Below, piece by piece: positions 1 to 13,000 of a stretch of 64,000 bases of DNA. The position numbers and the translations under genes are program-made. The stretch is taken from contig OZ024743.1 of assembly GCA_964016885.1 (NCBI GenBank), forward strand, positions 377,890,001 to 377,954,000, in the 5' to 3' direction. This DNA is from Eledone cirrhosa (Eukaryota). The first letter of the stretch is position 1. The number at the start of each line of letters is the position of its first letter. Under the pieces are notes generated by a model that searched no databases, was not told where the DNA came from, and saw nothing but the letters and a program-made list of their open reading frames with translations.

Positions 1-434
1 AATAAAGCCCATTTCTTGCATTCAAATTAAACATGTGATAAATTAGGTTCAGCTTGTTTTTGTTTTGTTTTGTTTTTCTTTGGTCATATTGATATAAGTC
101 GACAAATTTTATTGTATATTTTTTACTTTAAAATTATGTTTGTAAAAGTGTAATAATTTTAAAATATGAGGTACTAAACAGATTCCTATCTTTTTATGTG
201 TATATATGTAGAACGGAATCCATAGTCAACTTTTGTAAAAACTTCGTGAATTTCATTAAAAAATCCTACCTCAGACAATATCTACTTGTTATATTCATTC
301 ACGGGCCAAATCTATAGTCCTTTGATTTTTTTTTCACCAAGACATTTCAAACAAACTCTTTGGCTTACTTCTGGTCCTCAATAATATAATATCCATCACA
401 CAACGGGTTACTGCATTACATCAAGATATTGGTA

Positions 435-632
435 TTAACACTTTAGCATTTAAACTGGCCTTATCCATTATCTATTCAAACTGGCTGTAACAGGCTGCTC
501 ATACTGATGTTAAGGCATTCTTCTCAAAATAAATAATATTAAATTCTTATAGATTCAATATTATGTGAGGTAAAACCTTCACTGTGAAAATACAGTAGTA
601 AATAAAGAGTAATGCAAATGCTAAAGGATTAA
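435..632. mobile_element. piggyBac-like MITE (TTAA TSD)
   Basis: TTAA-CACTTTAGCATTT...AAATGCTAAAGGA-TTAA; related copies at ~20010-20222 and 52540-52743. Confidence 0.6.
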
Positions 633-1204
633 GCATTATTCAAGCAAAATAAGAAGTTTTGACGTTTGGTATGTATGATCTATATACATTAGATAATAAA
701 TCATACAATGTGTCAGATGAAGTAACCAGTGTATAGTTGATAGATATATGTTTATATACTAAATCACATTATTACTCTATTGCGTGCTACAGCTGAGAGG
801 CTGAGGCCATGCTGGGGCACAGCTTTTTTTTTTTATAAGCGCACATTTAAAATTTGTACCTTTCTTAATTGAACAACAAAGTGGAAGATGTGTTGTCCAA
901 AATATAGTTAGTATCAACTCTTGGCTAGCAGATAGAATTAAGAAGGTCAGATAGAAAGTTTTATTAAACTGATTTTTCTACTGCGCTCTCATTAAAGAAA
1001 GTAGAAACAATTATCTAAGATGGATATATGAATTCCTTACAAATTAAAACATTAACATAAATATATCTATCTTCCTATGTTCCTACAATCAGTAATTAAT
1101 AAGATATGATAACACAGTTCACCATTTTAAAGCAACAAGCTTTGTGTCACCTTTGACACCCTGGCTGCTGAAAAGAAAAAAAATTAGCAAACAAATAATA
1201 ATAA

Positions 1205-1630
1205 TAATTTCTAATTTAGGCACAAGACCAGCAATTTAGGGGAGACAGAAAGTCGATTACATTAACCCCAGTACATGACTGGTGCTTTATTTAATCAAGC
1301 CCCGAGATTTGAACACAGAATGTAAAGAGTCATAACCAAACACTGCAAAGCACTTTTGTTTGATGCTTTAACAATCTATTCCACAACCCTCAAATAATAG
1401 TAAAAAAATGTTCCTAATTTATGCACAAGGCCAGCAATTTGGGGGAAAGGGGGAAGAGTCAATTATAATAACCCAGTAAATTACTGGTACTTTATTTTAT
1501 CAACCCCCAGAAGGATGAAAGGCAAAGTTGACCTTGGTGGGATTTGAACTCAGAAAAGCCATAACCAAGTTACTTCAAAGCACCTTGACTGACGTTCTAA
1601 AAAAAAATCTGCCAGTCCACCACCCTCAAA
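1205..1630 (-). mobile_element. Two tandem tRNA-derived SINEs with Nin/Deu-like core
   Basis: GAGTTCAAATCC B-box-like head and GCCTTTCATCCTT...GATAAAAT core on the minus strand; (TAA)n tails. Confidence 0.65.
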
Positions 1631-1951
1631 TAATAATAATGATAAATAAAAAATAAAATAAAAACTGTAATATGTTCAGCCCCGAAAAATGTACAACTCC
1701 TAGAACCTCAGTGGAACAGTATCAGAAAATACGATTGAAAATATTTCTCTGAATACAACAGACAAGACTGACAAATGATTGAATCATATTTCACAGAAAA
1801 GACAATTCATTGTAAATGCTAATAACTGCATCCTGTTATTTAACTGCTGTCAAACAACATAGTATCAGATTTTTTATTCATTAATTCAAATAAAAGGAAT
1901 GTACTAAAATTACTGTTATAAAACTCAATAATTTAAGCAATTCTGATCATA

Positions 1952-1998
1952 AACATACACACATATATACATATACACATATATATGTATATGCCCGT

Positions 1999-2071
<73 letters not shown>

Positions 2072-2100
2072 TATATATGTGTGCCAATACATATACATGC
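1952..2100. repeat. (TA)n/(CA)n microsatellite
   Basis: Direct reading. Confidence 0.95.
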
Positions 2101-2364
2101 ATAAGAAAGTGAGGAGTAACAAAAAAAGCTCAACTCTTGTTGAAAAAAACTTGAGTTTATTTGTTACTGAGCACAGCAACCATTATTTATCAAGTTGCAT
2201 GTGATCTGCTAACACACACATACAAGTGTGTGTGTGAGTGTATATATATATGGTGGCTGCAAACTCGTTTTCGAGTATGGCCACTACTTTATATCCGTGT
2301 AGGAGAACCCCTACCGATGCGCTGAACGGGTATATATATACACATACATACACACACATGTGAG

Positions 2365-2496
2365 TCCTGGGTTCAATTGGGGGGTAACCACAGGACTATA
2401 ACTGTTTCATAAAAAAAAATTCATCAGGTAAGCTTTCCTAATAATTTCTTTTGAAGGAAACAGTTTTAGTCCTATAGAAGCCATTTCTATATTAAA
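2365..2496. mobile_element. Family B fold-back element with two degenerate inverted hammerhead copies
   Basis: Minus-strand CTGATGA (2421-2427)...GAAACAG...CTGT; plus-strand CTAATAA...GAAACAG...TATA|GAAGCCATTTCTATATTAAA. Sequence is shared with the 32.6 kb and 62.4 kb copies. Confidence 0.55.
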
Positions 2497-2839
2497 CTTG
2501 ATGTATGTGTGTATGTATATGTATATATATATACTCAAATGTTCTAGAACAGATGCAAGTCAATGGTTGCAGGAAAAGCATAGATAGAAAAGGATGATAT
2601 TCTGGCAGAGGAAGATTATGGCAAAGTGTGTGTGGGAGGGGGTGCACAATATGGATGATGAGAGGAGGAGAGGCAAGTGAATCAAGAAAGCCTGAGTAAA
2701 GGTGAGACATAAAAAATGCACAGGTGAGAGAAAAGGCAAAGTGAGTAGACAACATATCTTAAGTCCACAGGCTGGAGTGTGTTTGACATTTATATATGAG
2801 TTTAGATACACACATATATACATGTGGGTATGTGTGCAT

Positions 2840-2976
2840 ATATATATTATATATATATAAATATATATTATATATTATATATATATAAATATATATTATA
2901 TATTATATATATATAAATATATATTATATATTATATATATATAAATATATATTATATATTATATATATATATATAT

Positions 2977-3033
<57 letters not shown>

Positions 3034-3093
3034 TATATATATATATTATATATTATATATTATATATATATATTATATATTATATATATATAT

Positions 3094-3146
<53 letters not shown>

Positions 3147-3353
3147 ATATATTATATATTATATATATATATATATTATATATATATATAAATATATATT
3201 ATATATTATATATATATATATATATAAATATAAATATATATTATATATTATATATATTATATATATATATATATAATATATATTATATATATATATAATA
3301 TATATTTTATATTATATATATATATATAATATATATTATATATATATATAATA

Positions 3354-3395
<42 letters not shown>

Positions 3396-3439
3396 TTATA
3401 TATATATATATATATATAATATATATATATATATAATTG

Positions 3440-3535
<96 letters not shown>

Positions 3536-3598
3536 TTTTATATATATATTTTATATATATATATATATATATAATATATATTATATATAATATATATG

Positions 3599-3638
<40 letters not shown>

Positions 3639-3654
3639 TTATATATATATATAA

Positions 3655-3685
<31 letters not shown>

Positions 3686-3701
3686 ATATATATTTTATAT
3701 A

Positions 3702-3744
<43 letters not shown>

Positions 3745-3781
3745 ATATATATATATATATACATATATATAATATATATTT

Positions 3782-3813
<32 letters not shown>

Positions 3814-3958
3814 ATATATATATTTTATATATATATATATATATATTTTATATATATATATATATATATTTTATATATATATATATATATTTTATATATA
3901 TATATATACACATGTATATACATATGTACATATATATATATATACGTACATGCATATA

Positions 3959-3998
<40 letters not shown>

Positions 3999-4022
3999 TA
4001 TATATATATATATATATATATG

Positions 4023-4076
<54 letters not shown>

Positions 4077-4258
4077 TACATATATATATATATATATATG
4101 TACATACATATATATGTACATACATATACATACATATATATGTACATACATATACATACATATATATATATGTGTACATGTATATACATATATATATATA
4201 TATATATGTACATGTATATACATATATATGTACATGTATATACATATATATATATATA
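2840..4258. repeat. ~1.4 kb compound (TA)n / TA-variant / (TATACA)-type microsatellite
   Basis: Direct reading; source of the spurious YIYI ORFs. Confidence 0.97.
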
Positions 4259-4406
4259 GATTTTGAGTTTATGTTGGTTGTATACCAACACCTCAGTATG
4301 CAGGCTGGAGCACTCGACGAAGTGCGCAGGTTGGTTTGGTTACTCCGGAGTAGTGTAAAATAAAGTTAAATAAAAGTCAAATGATTAAAATTTAGCTTCG
4401 TTTATT

Positions 4407-4461
4407 ACTGCTATATATATTTCAGTGACAGCCATCTTTGGCTGTGACCTCTTCAGGCAGT
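4407..4461 (-). ncRNA. Mirror copy of the type I hammerhead ribozyme motif
   Basis: Reverse complement of 5367-5421 in the left palindrome arm. Confidence 0.8.
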
Positions 4462-5366
4462 TTGAATTAGTATGGTATAGACAAGTACATATGTTGTTTA
4501 GGTGTATGATATTGTCAATACTCTGGTATGCCCAGTTCCTTGTTGGGTTGTTAATTCACTGGGGAACTGGAGTCATATGAATTCAAACAAACGAATTTTA
4601 GTGTCACAGGTCCCCTTCTCCTCTCATTGGTCAGTTATTAGTGTTGTCATTGTTGGAGTTAGCTTAAAAATTGATAAAATGGTAGAAGGGACAAGGTGTT
4701 GAAGGAACAAAATATCAAAAAATGTGTCAAACTTCCCATTGTTCAGTTCTGAGAGCATTCCTCAGTCAGAAGTCTATAGAATTCTTTCTGGGGTGAGGCT
4801 CCCTGTAGTGTTTATGCCTGCTATTGTTCAGTACATTTGACCTCCACCATTATTTTGGTACTGTTGTTGTTGTAGTGGTCAGCTTATATCTTGCTGCTGC
4901 TAACAATTTAGAAGTACTAAATTGTTAGCAGCAGCAAGATATAAGCTGACCACTACAACAACAACAGTACCAAAATAATGGTGGAGGTCAAATGTACTGA
5001 ACAATAGCAGGCATAAACACTACAGGGAGCCTCACCCCAGAAAGAATTCTATAGACTTCTGACTGAGGAATGCTCTCAGAACTGAACAATGGGAAGTTTG
5101 ACACATTTTTTGATATTTTGTTCCTTCAACACCTTGTCCCTTCTACCATTTTATCAATTTTTAAGCTAACTCCAACAATGACAACACTAATAACTGACCA
5201 ATGAGAGGAGAAGGGGACCTGTGACACTAAAATTCGTTTGTTTGAATTCATATGACTCCAGTTCCCCAGTGAATTAACAACCCAACAAGGAACTGGGCAT
5301 ACCAGAGTATTGACAATATCATACACCTAAACAACATATGTACTTGTCTATACCATACTAATTCAA

Positions 5367-5421
5367 ACTGCCTGAAGAGGTCACAGCCAAAGATGGCTGT
5401 CACTGAAATATATATAGCAGT
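5367..5421 (+). ncRNA. Type I minimal hammerhead ribozyme motif (Penelope/retrozyme type)
   Basis: ACTGC-CTGAAGA-[GGTCACAGCCA aaga TGGCTGTCACT]-GAAA-TATATA-TA|GCAGT. Core intact, stems I and II pair, palindromic stem III; AATAAA follows. Confidence 0.8.
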
Positions 5422-5465
5422 AATAAACGAAGCTAAATTTTAATCATTTGACTTTTATTTAACTT

Positions 5466-5506
<41 letters not shown>

Positions 5507-6544
5507 TGTATATACATATATATATATATGTACATGTATATACATATATGTATACACTTGTAGATATACGTATTAATCATCATTTTTACATCCCCTTTTC
5601 TGTACTGGCATCGGTTGGATAAGACCTTTGATGCAGTTTTTCCATAGCCAGATGCCCCTTCTGACACTAATCCATACTCTATTTTTAAATATGGCATATT
5701 CTGCTAAACTCTGTCACATTGAGTTGCAAGAAGTATCATATATGCAGGACATAAACTAACACCATTACTTGCATTAAATAGGGACGATATGAAGACATCT
5801 GCAACAACTCACACACGTACATATATCATCATCACCGTTTTACGTCCGTTCTTCCACGCTAGCATGGGTTATATATATATATATCATCCTCATCATCATC
5901 ACCATTTAACGTCCATTTCTCCATGCTTAAATGGGTCAGACGGGTCGTCCGCATCAAGAGATAAGTCTGGCCAGGATTGGCTACACCAATCTGACGGGAT
6001 TGTAAAGTTGGCCAGGGTTTTTACAGATGGATGCTCTTCCTAACACCAACCACATATATATGTATAGTAATTGGTAAAATTCTGACGGAGAGCTCACTCT
6101 GTTTTAGCTGGCCTGTGTTTCTGTGTGTGATGAGTTTCTGTCTACTAAATTTCACTCACAAGGCATTGGTAGAAGACATTTAGCCAAGGTTCCACACAAC
6201 AGGGTGGAACCTGAAACCACATGTTTGCAAAGCAAGTTTCTTGACCACACAGCCATGCCTATATAGTGGAATGTTTCATTCAAGGTTGCTACCAAATACA
6301 AGATTTGACCCCAATATGGTAACTGGGAGAGAAAACTGAAAACCTCTATGGTTGTAGAAATCAGGTCTCTGGTAAATGAGAAAATCTGACACCAAATCAG
6401 TGTTAAAAAAAAAATTATGGATAGTTGTTTCAGAACTAGTAGCTACTTTATTCTGATTATAAGGTTAATTATGTACCAATAATTATTGGCAAATTTTGTT
6501 TGTGACCAAATGTTTGGATAGTAATCTCCAAAATCTATTTGTCT

Positions 6545-6786
6545 CACTACCTGCATCAGTTGTTAGCTGTCAGGACACTTTCATGCTTCTTAAAATTCGT
6601 CAACACTACACCTGATATTCCCCCTCCATACACACGCAGGCATGTGTATGTGTGGGTCTGTGTGTATATCATGGCTCATACACTGTTCACTTTCCTGACT
6701 TTTGTACATTATTCTATATACTATACATGCACCTTTGATGAGTTGTAGTGCACCTGAGCACTGTACATAATAATTTTCATTATTAA
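6545..6786 (+). mobile_element. CR1 3' fragment
   Basis: Homologous to 18945-19185. Confidence 0.8.
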
Positions 6787-9700
6787 ATATCCCATCCTGC
6801 AAATTCAAATATAAGTTAATATGGTAAATCCATTTTTAAAGTTAGGAATGTGAGTTTACAGGAAAATTGTTATTTAAATACCAAGGATGTTACCTTACTT
6901 ATTAGCTAAAGACCAGCTGCTGCAGTTTTGGAGAGATTAAAAAATAAAAATACACACACAAAATCTTTGCACCCACATAAAATATATGCATGCATATGTG
7001 TAAATATGTTAGTCTACTTCTTTAAATGTGAGCATGTGTGAGTAAAAGTATGTGGTTAAACAATTAGGAATAAGGAGAAAGAAAATATGAGAAAATCTGT
7101 TTAGTTTTTAAAAGATGAAAGTGCATAAATAAATAAATGAAAACCCAATGTAGTCTCTGATCGAGACGAAGTGAGAGTATTTGAATACATATAAAATGAG
7201 AAAACTCATCGCTAGACCAGCTAAATGCTGTCAAAGATAGCGATGGGCAAAAATGCCTGAGGACAGAGACCAGCGGCCAGTGGTCAACAGCAAGACAATC
7301 CACAAGATGGGTGACAACCAGATCGTGTGGATCTTCCAGTCACTTCTATGCGTCAACACACTCCTCCTTTTCTTTCAATCTTTTCTATATTTCATCTGCC
7401 TGTCACCCACCTTGTAGATTGTCTCTCTTTTGACCTCTGGTTGCTGGTCTGTGTCCCCATAGGCATTTTTTGCCCACCGCTGTCTTTAACAGCTGTTCTA
7501 GATATGAGTTTTCTCATTTTTATATGTAAATAAATATATTTTCTATGAATTGTCGATTTGGTGAAATCTAATTTCATCAAATTAGTCTGTAATACTCAAA
7601 CAAATATTTTCAAAGAAATTTCTTATAACCTGCTGCAACAGCCTTAACTCGATTTAATCCAAGGTTTACATTTTAACTATTTCTGAGCAATCAATATATC
7701 AAGTAATGTTGCTTCATTATCTTTATTAACTCTTAGTTGAATCATTTACTGGTTTGAAACAAAATTTGATTAATGGCACTAGTTAAGAAAGAGAGAGAGA
7801 GCATGTGAGAGAGAGAGAGGTATATATTATTTTACATACAAATTTTTATAATTGTTATAAGTGAGACATTTTGTGTTTGTTGTTGCAAATGTACATATTG
7901 CCCAAGTATATACTTTTATAGTGAGACCCTCTTCCTATTTCAATCCTGAGGTAGAAATTATTAACAAGAAGAAGCCATATAAAGGTTTCTGTGTTAATAT
8001 GAATGTGTGTGGTTAATAGTCCAACAACTTAACCACAGTTGTTATAATTCATCCTAACCATTTAATATGTTACAAACAACCTTTTTCATCTCTTCCATTG
8101 CTGAGTCTATGAAAAGGCTGGAAGAAAACATAGCAAAATGCATTTTATTTCCTTCCTTTTATATTTGAACTTATATTGTAGTTTTTATGTATTTGTGAGT
8201 TTTATATCGAATAATAATATTTGATTCGTTTGCAAGCAAACAGCTTCATTACACTAGGTATTTTAGACAACTACCACCATCCTTGTTGCTTGCAAACGAA
8301 TCAAATATTATTCGATATAAAACTCATGAATGCATTAACATATCCGCTATGTTAGAGCAAAAACTAATATTGTATTTTTTTTATTCTTGCTAATTCATAA
8401 TTTCCTTTTTTATTTATTTATGATTTACAAAGGAAAACAGTGGACTATTTATGAAAAAAAAAGGGATGGGGGGGGGGGGGGGGGGGGGGTAATCAACACT
8501 ACTTCATCAATTTGTAATTTGGGATCAAGCCACATATTTGTAGAGAAGGAGTGTAGTTGATTTAAAGTCTCCCTACAGTACATTACTGGTATTTTGGTTA
8601 TTGGCCATACCAGAAGGATAAAAATAAATCCCAGAATGTAAAGGAGTGTAAGTGTAACTAAATACTCAAGGTACTTAGTCATGTAATTAAATTTGTAAAA
8701 TAAAATAGGTAAACTGTGATGTTTCAGGAAGAGCCATTCTTTGGATTTGAGAGTTTTTTTGTCAATACTAGTTTCCTCAAACTCAATTTTTTTTAGTTTG
8801 ATACTTTACCATTTCTGTCATGCCACTGCCCATAAGACTTAATTATTAATAGAAAAGAAAAAGAAAAATGATTGTTATTTTAAAGACTAATTTAAAATTA
8901 ACTGGGAAGTTAATTAAATATTTTCTTCACATCAAATTTTTCATCTCATGTCTATTTTTCTATTATGACAAAGTAGACAGGACTACAAATCCAATTTGTT
9001 TATATGCATGATTAGAGAAAGGATTTTAATGGTTGGCTACACTTCATAATATTGACGTTTGTGTCATATAATATGAGCTATACGCATTTCTGTACTAGTC
9101 ATATGTATTTCCAAATTTACAACACAAATATCTGAGACTCGTAACCAAATAATTCAGTAACCACTTACCATAATCCTTCCGTTGTTATTTCTCACTGTCA
9201 AAATATAACAATTTATATTAATGATAGGAGAAATTTCTCACAAGTTTAACAAGAATCTTTAAATGAAGCAACATCTTTTAGTTTTTATCAACTACTTCAA
9301 AATTGTTATCCATGCCAGCTTCCTGTTGTTAGATTACAAGTTTAAACGAATTAGATAAATAATATTTAGTAGTAGTAGTAGTAGTAGATACAAACCAAAA
9401 TAATTTTGTACCGTCTGAACACTATATTCAAAATAGAAATAATATGGGATGAATATTTCAGATGTGTTTTTTTCTTTTCCATTACGTTGTTAATAAAGTG
9501 TGAAGCAAATAATGCCACTGCAATTTCAATAGGTTGCTGGCAAGATATCACAGTAGAAAAAAACAGCTGCAATAAGGAGGAGTTATTAATACATTACGGA
9601 AATATTATTTCACTCCAAATCACAAATATCAAAAGAAGGTCAAACAGACATCCCTGCAGAAATCCTCACCTAAAATATAATGTTTAGGTTTAGGTGAGGA

Positions 9701-9799
9701 AACATAAAGAGGACATTATATATGGTAATTAGGAACATAAAACAAATCTTATTGGATCTAATAGAAGTGATGGATTGAGGTTTCAGAAGTTATACAAAA

Positions 9800-10050
9800 T
9801 TAAGATTGACAACAAGTGTAGTTAGATACTGGAGTTGTCTCCCCAGAAGGAAAGGCTTTGTTGTTGTGAGGCCGAAGCTCATGAGCTTTAGCTTGTTTCG
9901 TCAGTTCTCGTGCAATATCAAAGAATAACTTTTCAACATTGTCAGCCTCTTTTGCAGATGTTTCAAGGAAAGTCATCTCATAACGGTTCGCAAACTGTTC
10001 TCCTATTGTAGTAGGTATTTCTCTGCGGTTTATCTGATCAATTTTGTTAC
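9800..10050 (-). CDS. RAB30: Rab30 last coding exon (NKID...ETSAK...CCQS*)
   Basis: Pyrimidine tract plus TAG acceptor; GNKxD and ETSAK motifs; TAA at 9800-9802. Confidence 0.93.
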
Positions 10051-13000
10051 CTACAAAGAAAAGGAAAAAGAAAAATGAAAAGAATTCACAATATCATCGT
10101 CATCACCATTTGACATCTATTTTTTATACTTGCATGGGTTTGACAGCTTGTCACGTTATGAGGCCAGATTAGATCAGGTGACCACATTTTACTCATACAC
10201 TCTGTTTAGGGTTTGATTTTCTATGGCTGGGTACCCTTTACAGTGTGTACTGGGAGCTTTTTTTGTGGCACTAGCACTCCCACCTTATGGTGGACTAGTG
10301 CTTTTTGTTATGACACTAACATTACCACATTATAGGTTGTATTGGGTGCTTTTTGTCATGACACCAATATAAACTGTCTTACAGATACAATAAAGATATT
10401 TTCCAAAATGTAATTGCAAGACACATGTATCCATAACATAATTTGTGTGATACAGCATGTAACAAAGCTGGCCCTTTGAATTACAGCTTCCATCCATCGG
10501 ACAGGCTTCTAAACAATTTCTGTCTCCTCAATTTCACTCACAAGTCATGGTTCATCACAAAGCTATGGTAGATTACACTTGCCCAAGATGCCAAACAGTG
10601 GGATTAAACCAGGGACCTAATGACTGTGAAGCAAACCCCTTAATAATTCGACCATTCTACATCCACTATCATAATAATATAATAATAATTGTTTATACTT
10701 TTAGCACAAGGCCAGCAATTATCCAGTACATTACTGGTACTTTATTTTATCGACCCCGTAAGGATGAAAGGCAAAGTTAACCTCGTCGGGATTTGAACTC
10801 AGATCATAAAGAGACGTGACTCTATGCTTCAAAGCATGGTGTCCGACTCTCTACCGATACTGCCAATCCACCGCCCTATAATAATATAATAATATGAAAA
10901 TTATTGCGTACAGTGCTCAGGTGCACTACAACTCATCAAAGGTTCATGCATAGTACATAGAATAATGTACAAATGTCAGGAAAGTGAACAGTGCACGAGT
11001 CATGATATACAAACGTGCATACGTGTGTATGTACAGGGAATATCAGGTGTAGTGTTGGCAAATTTCAGGAAGAATGGAACAACATCATAAAATGTTGTTT
11101 GGCATAAAAGAGAGCTTTTTTTCTAATTCTCATTTAATGATTTCACAAAAAGGCACATATTTGGTTCATGTAAACCATCACACATTTTTCAAAATAACCG
11201 AAAGAAATAATTTATTCAATATCAACAAAAGAGGGAACGTATGAAAAGAAAAGAAATGTTTTTCTTTCTATATATGCACCCAATACAGACTGTAAAGTGT
11301 TTAGTAATCAAACAGAGAGGGCTTATATGTATTTCTCAAGTCAATGATATTATCACTGATGACTAAGATTTACAAAGATATTTGGAAATTAATTCAGAAA
11401 GTAATTTACCCAGCTAGATAGTAGTGGCAGTGCCACAATAAAACACACCCAGTACACTCTGTAAGGTAGTTGACATTAGGAAGGGCATCTAACCATAGAA
11501 ACCTTGCTAAAAAATGGAATGTACAAGGGAGACATGATCCTCTGATGGCAGTGACCTCAAGTATTCAGACTGTAACATGTCCGACCCATGCCAACATAGA
11601 AAGTAGATGAACATTTGTTAATAAATATTGTATCTGGCACAACTCATTATAGTCACCAATATCTGAAAGAAATTGAATTACAATATAACAGCCCTTCCCA
11701 ATCTGATCAAGGACACACTCATTAAAGCTCCAACATCTGGCAAGTGACTTAGTACGCACCCACAAGATTATTAACCATCTTTTCAACAACCCTCGGCACC
11801 ATTTTGAATTCTGAATGTCTAACATTTGTGGACATGCGTACAAAATCTGAAAACAGTACAGTTCCCATGACTTTCGGAAACATATTTCATGCTCAGAGTT
11901 GCTGAAGCATGGAACAAACTACCTGCATCAGTTGTTAGCTGTCAGGACACTGCATCCTTCAAGACATCCATGCTTCTCGAAATTCGCCAACACTGCACCT
12001 GATATTCCCCTCCATACACATGCAGGCATGTGTATGTGTGTGTCTGTGTGTATATCATGGCTCATACACTGTTCATTTTCCTGACATACATTATTCTATG
12101 TACTATACATGCACCTTTGATGAGTTTTAGTGCACCTGAGCACAATAATTTTCATTATTATTATTAACATAACAACCTTTCTAACTTAAGCAAGCATGAA
12201 AAATGAATATCAAATAGTGATGATGATATCTCATATATGGAGTAGTTCAAATTACTTCTACTTTTTTAAAATCTATTAATAATATTTTTGTTAAATTAAG
12301 ACAGAGAAACAACTGTTTACAATGAAGGTTTTTCATAGTTTCTCAAACTAGATGTCATTTATGAATTTTCTTTTTTTTTTTCAAGTGAAATAACTGTAGG
12401 AATATTTTAACAGATAGAAGTATTCAATATTGAAAGTATTTATTTAAATTAAAATAATAAACATGAAGAAAAGAGGAAGAAGGGGAAGAGAGGGGGAAAA
12501 CTTTACATTCTTGTGGGGTGGTATATATCAGCTGTGTCCTGTGGACAATATGACAGAAACATTGCCACAGAGAACAGCCAGTGATATCTGCTGCATCAAC
12601 CATACAACCTTACAGGGCTTCTTCCTCAGGCAGGATGTACTCTTCCCAACTTTGTGGAAGAAAATGGTAATCCAAGAGCCAAGGACACAACAGGTCTTGA
12701 CAGCAACTGGCACAAAAAGGAAGCAGTTAGTTAAAGCCTGATTCTGCTCCTCTGCTGGTTAGTGGCCAAAGTGATGAAACTGACAACAGAGAACATTTTA
12801 CAGCATGTGGCATCCCAGATTAGTGATTCCCCCTCCCTCAAAAGGGAAAACGGTTGTCCAATTTAGCCACCTACTACCAGTGATTCACCCTCCCTCAAAC
12901 AGGAAAAGGGTTATCCAATCTCTGATCGATCGACAAGATCCCAGACCTCATTCGCTTGCCGAGTAGGGTGGACCTCATCAAATCAGACCAAGGAAACAAT

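Larger units (their letters stand above)
4356..5472. repeat. Long palindrome (two 556-bp arms, 5-nt spacer AAGTA at 4912-4916)
   Basis: Positions pair with sum 9828; identical mirrored ORFs 4502..4702(+) and 5126..5326(-); no mismatch seen by eye. Confidence 0.95.

Noticed and set aside
1925-4363. Multiple YIYI/VCVC-rich ORFs
   Set aside because: Translations of (TA)n/(CA)n microsatellites, which lack stop codons in some frames.
4502-5326. Two identical 66-aa ORFs on opposite strands, as a duplicated gene
   Set aside because: A by-product of the palindrome; GTG start, no recognisable motif or splice context.
7150-7180. CTGATCGA...GAAG as a hammerhead core
   Set aside because: Core spacing and GAAA box do not match, and there are no convincing stems.
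8468-8489. Poly-G run as a functional G-quadruplex
   Set aside because: A simple homopolymer that reads as poly-C on the Rab30 transcript; similar runs occur elsewhere (17681, 40767) and may be length-unreliable.
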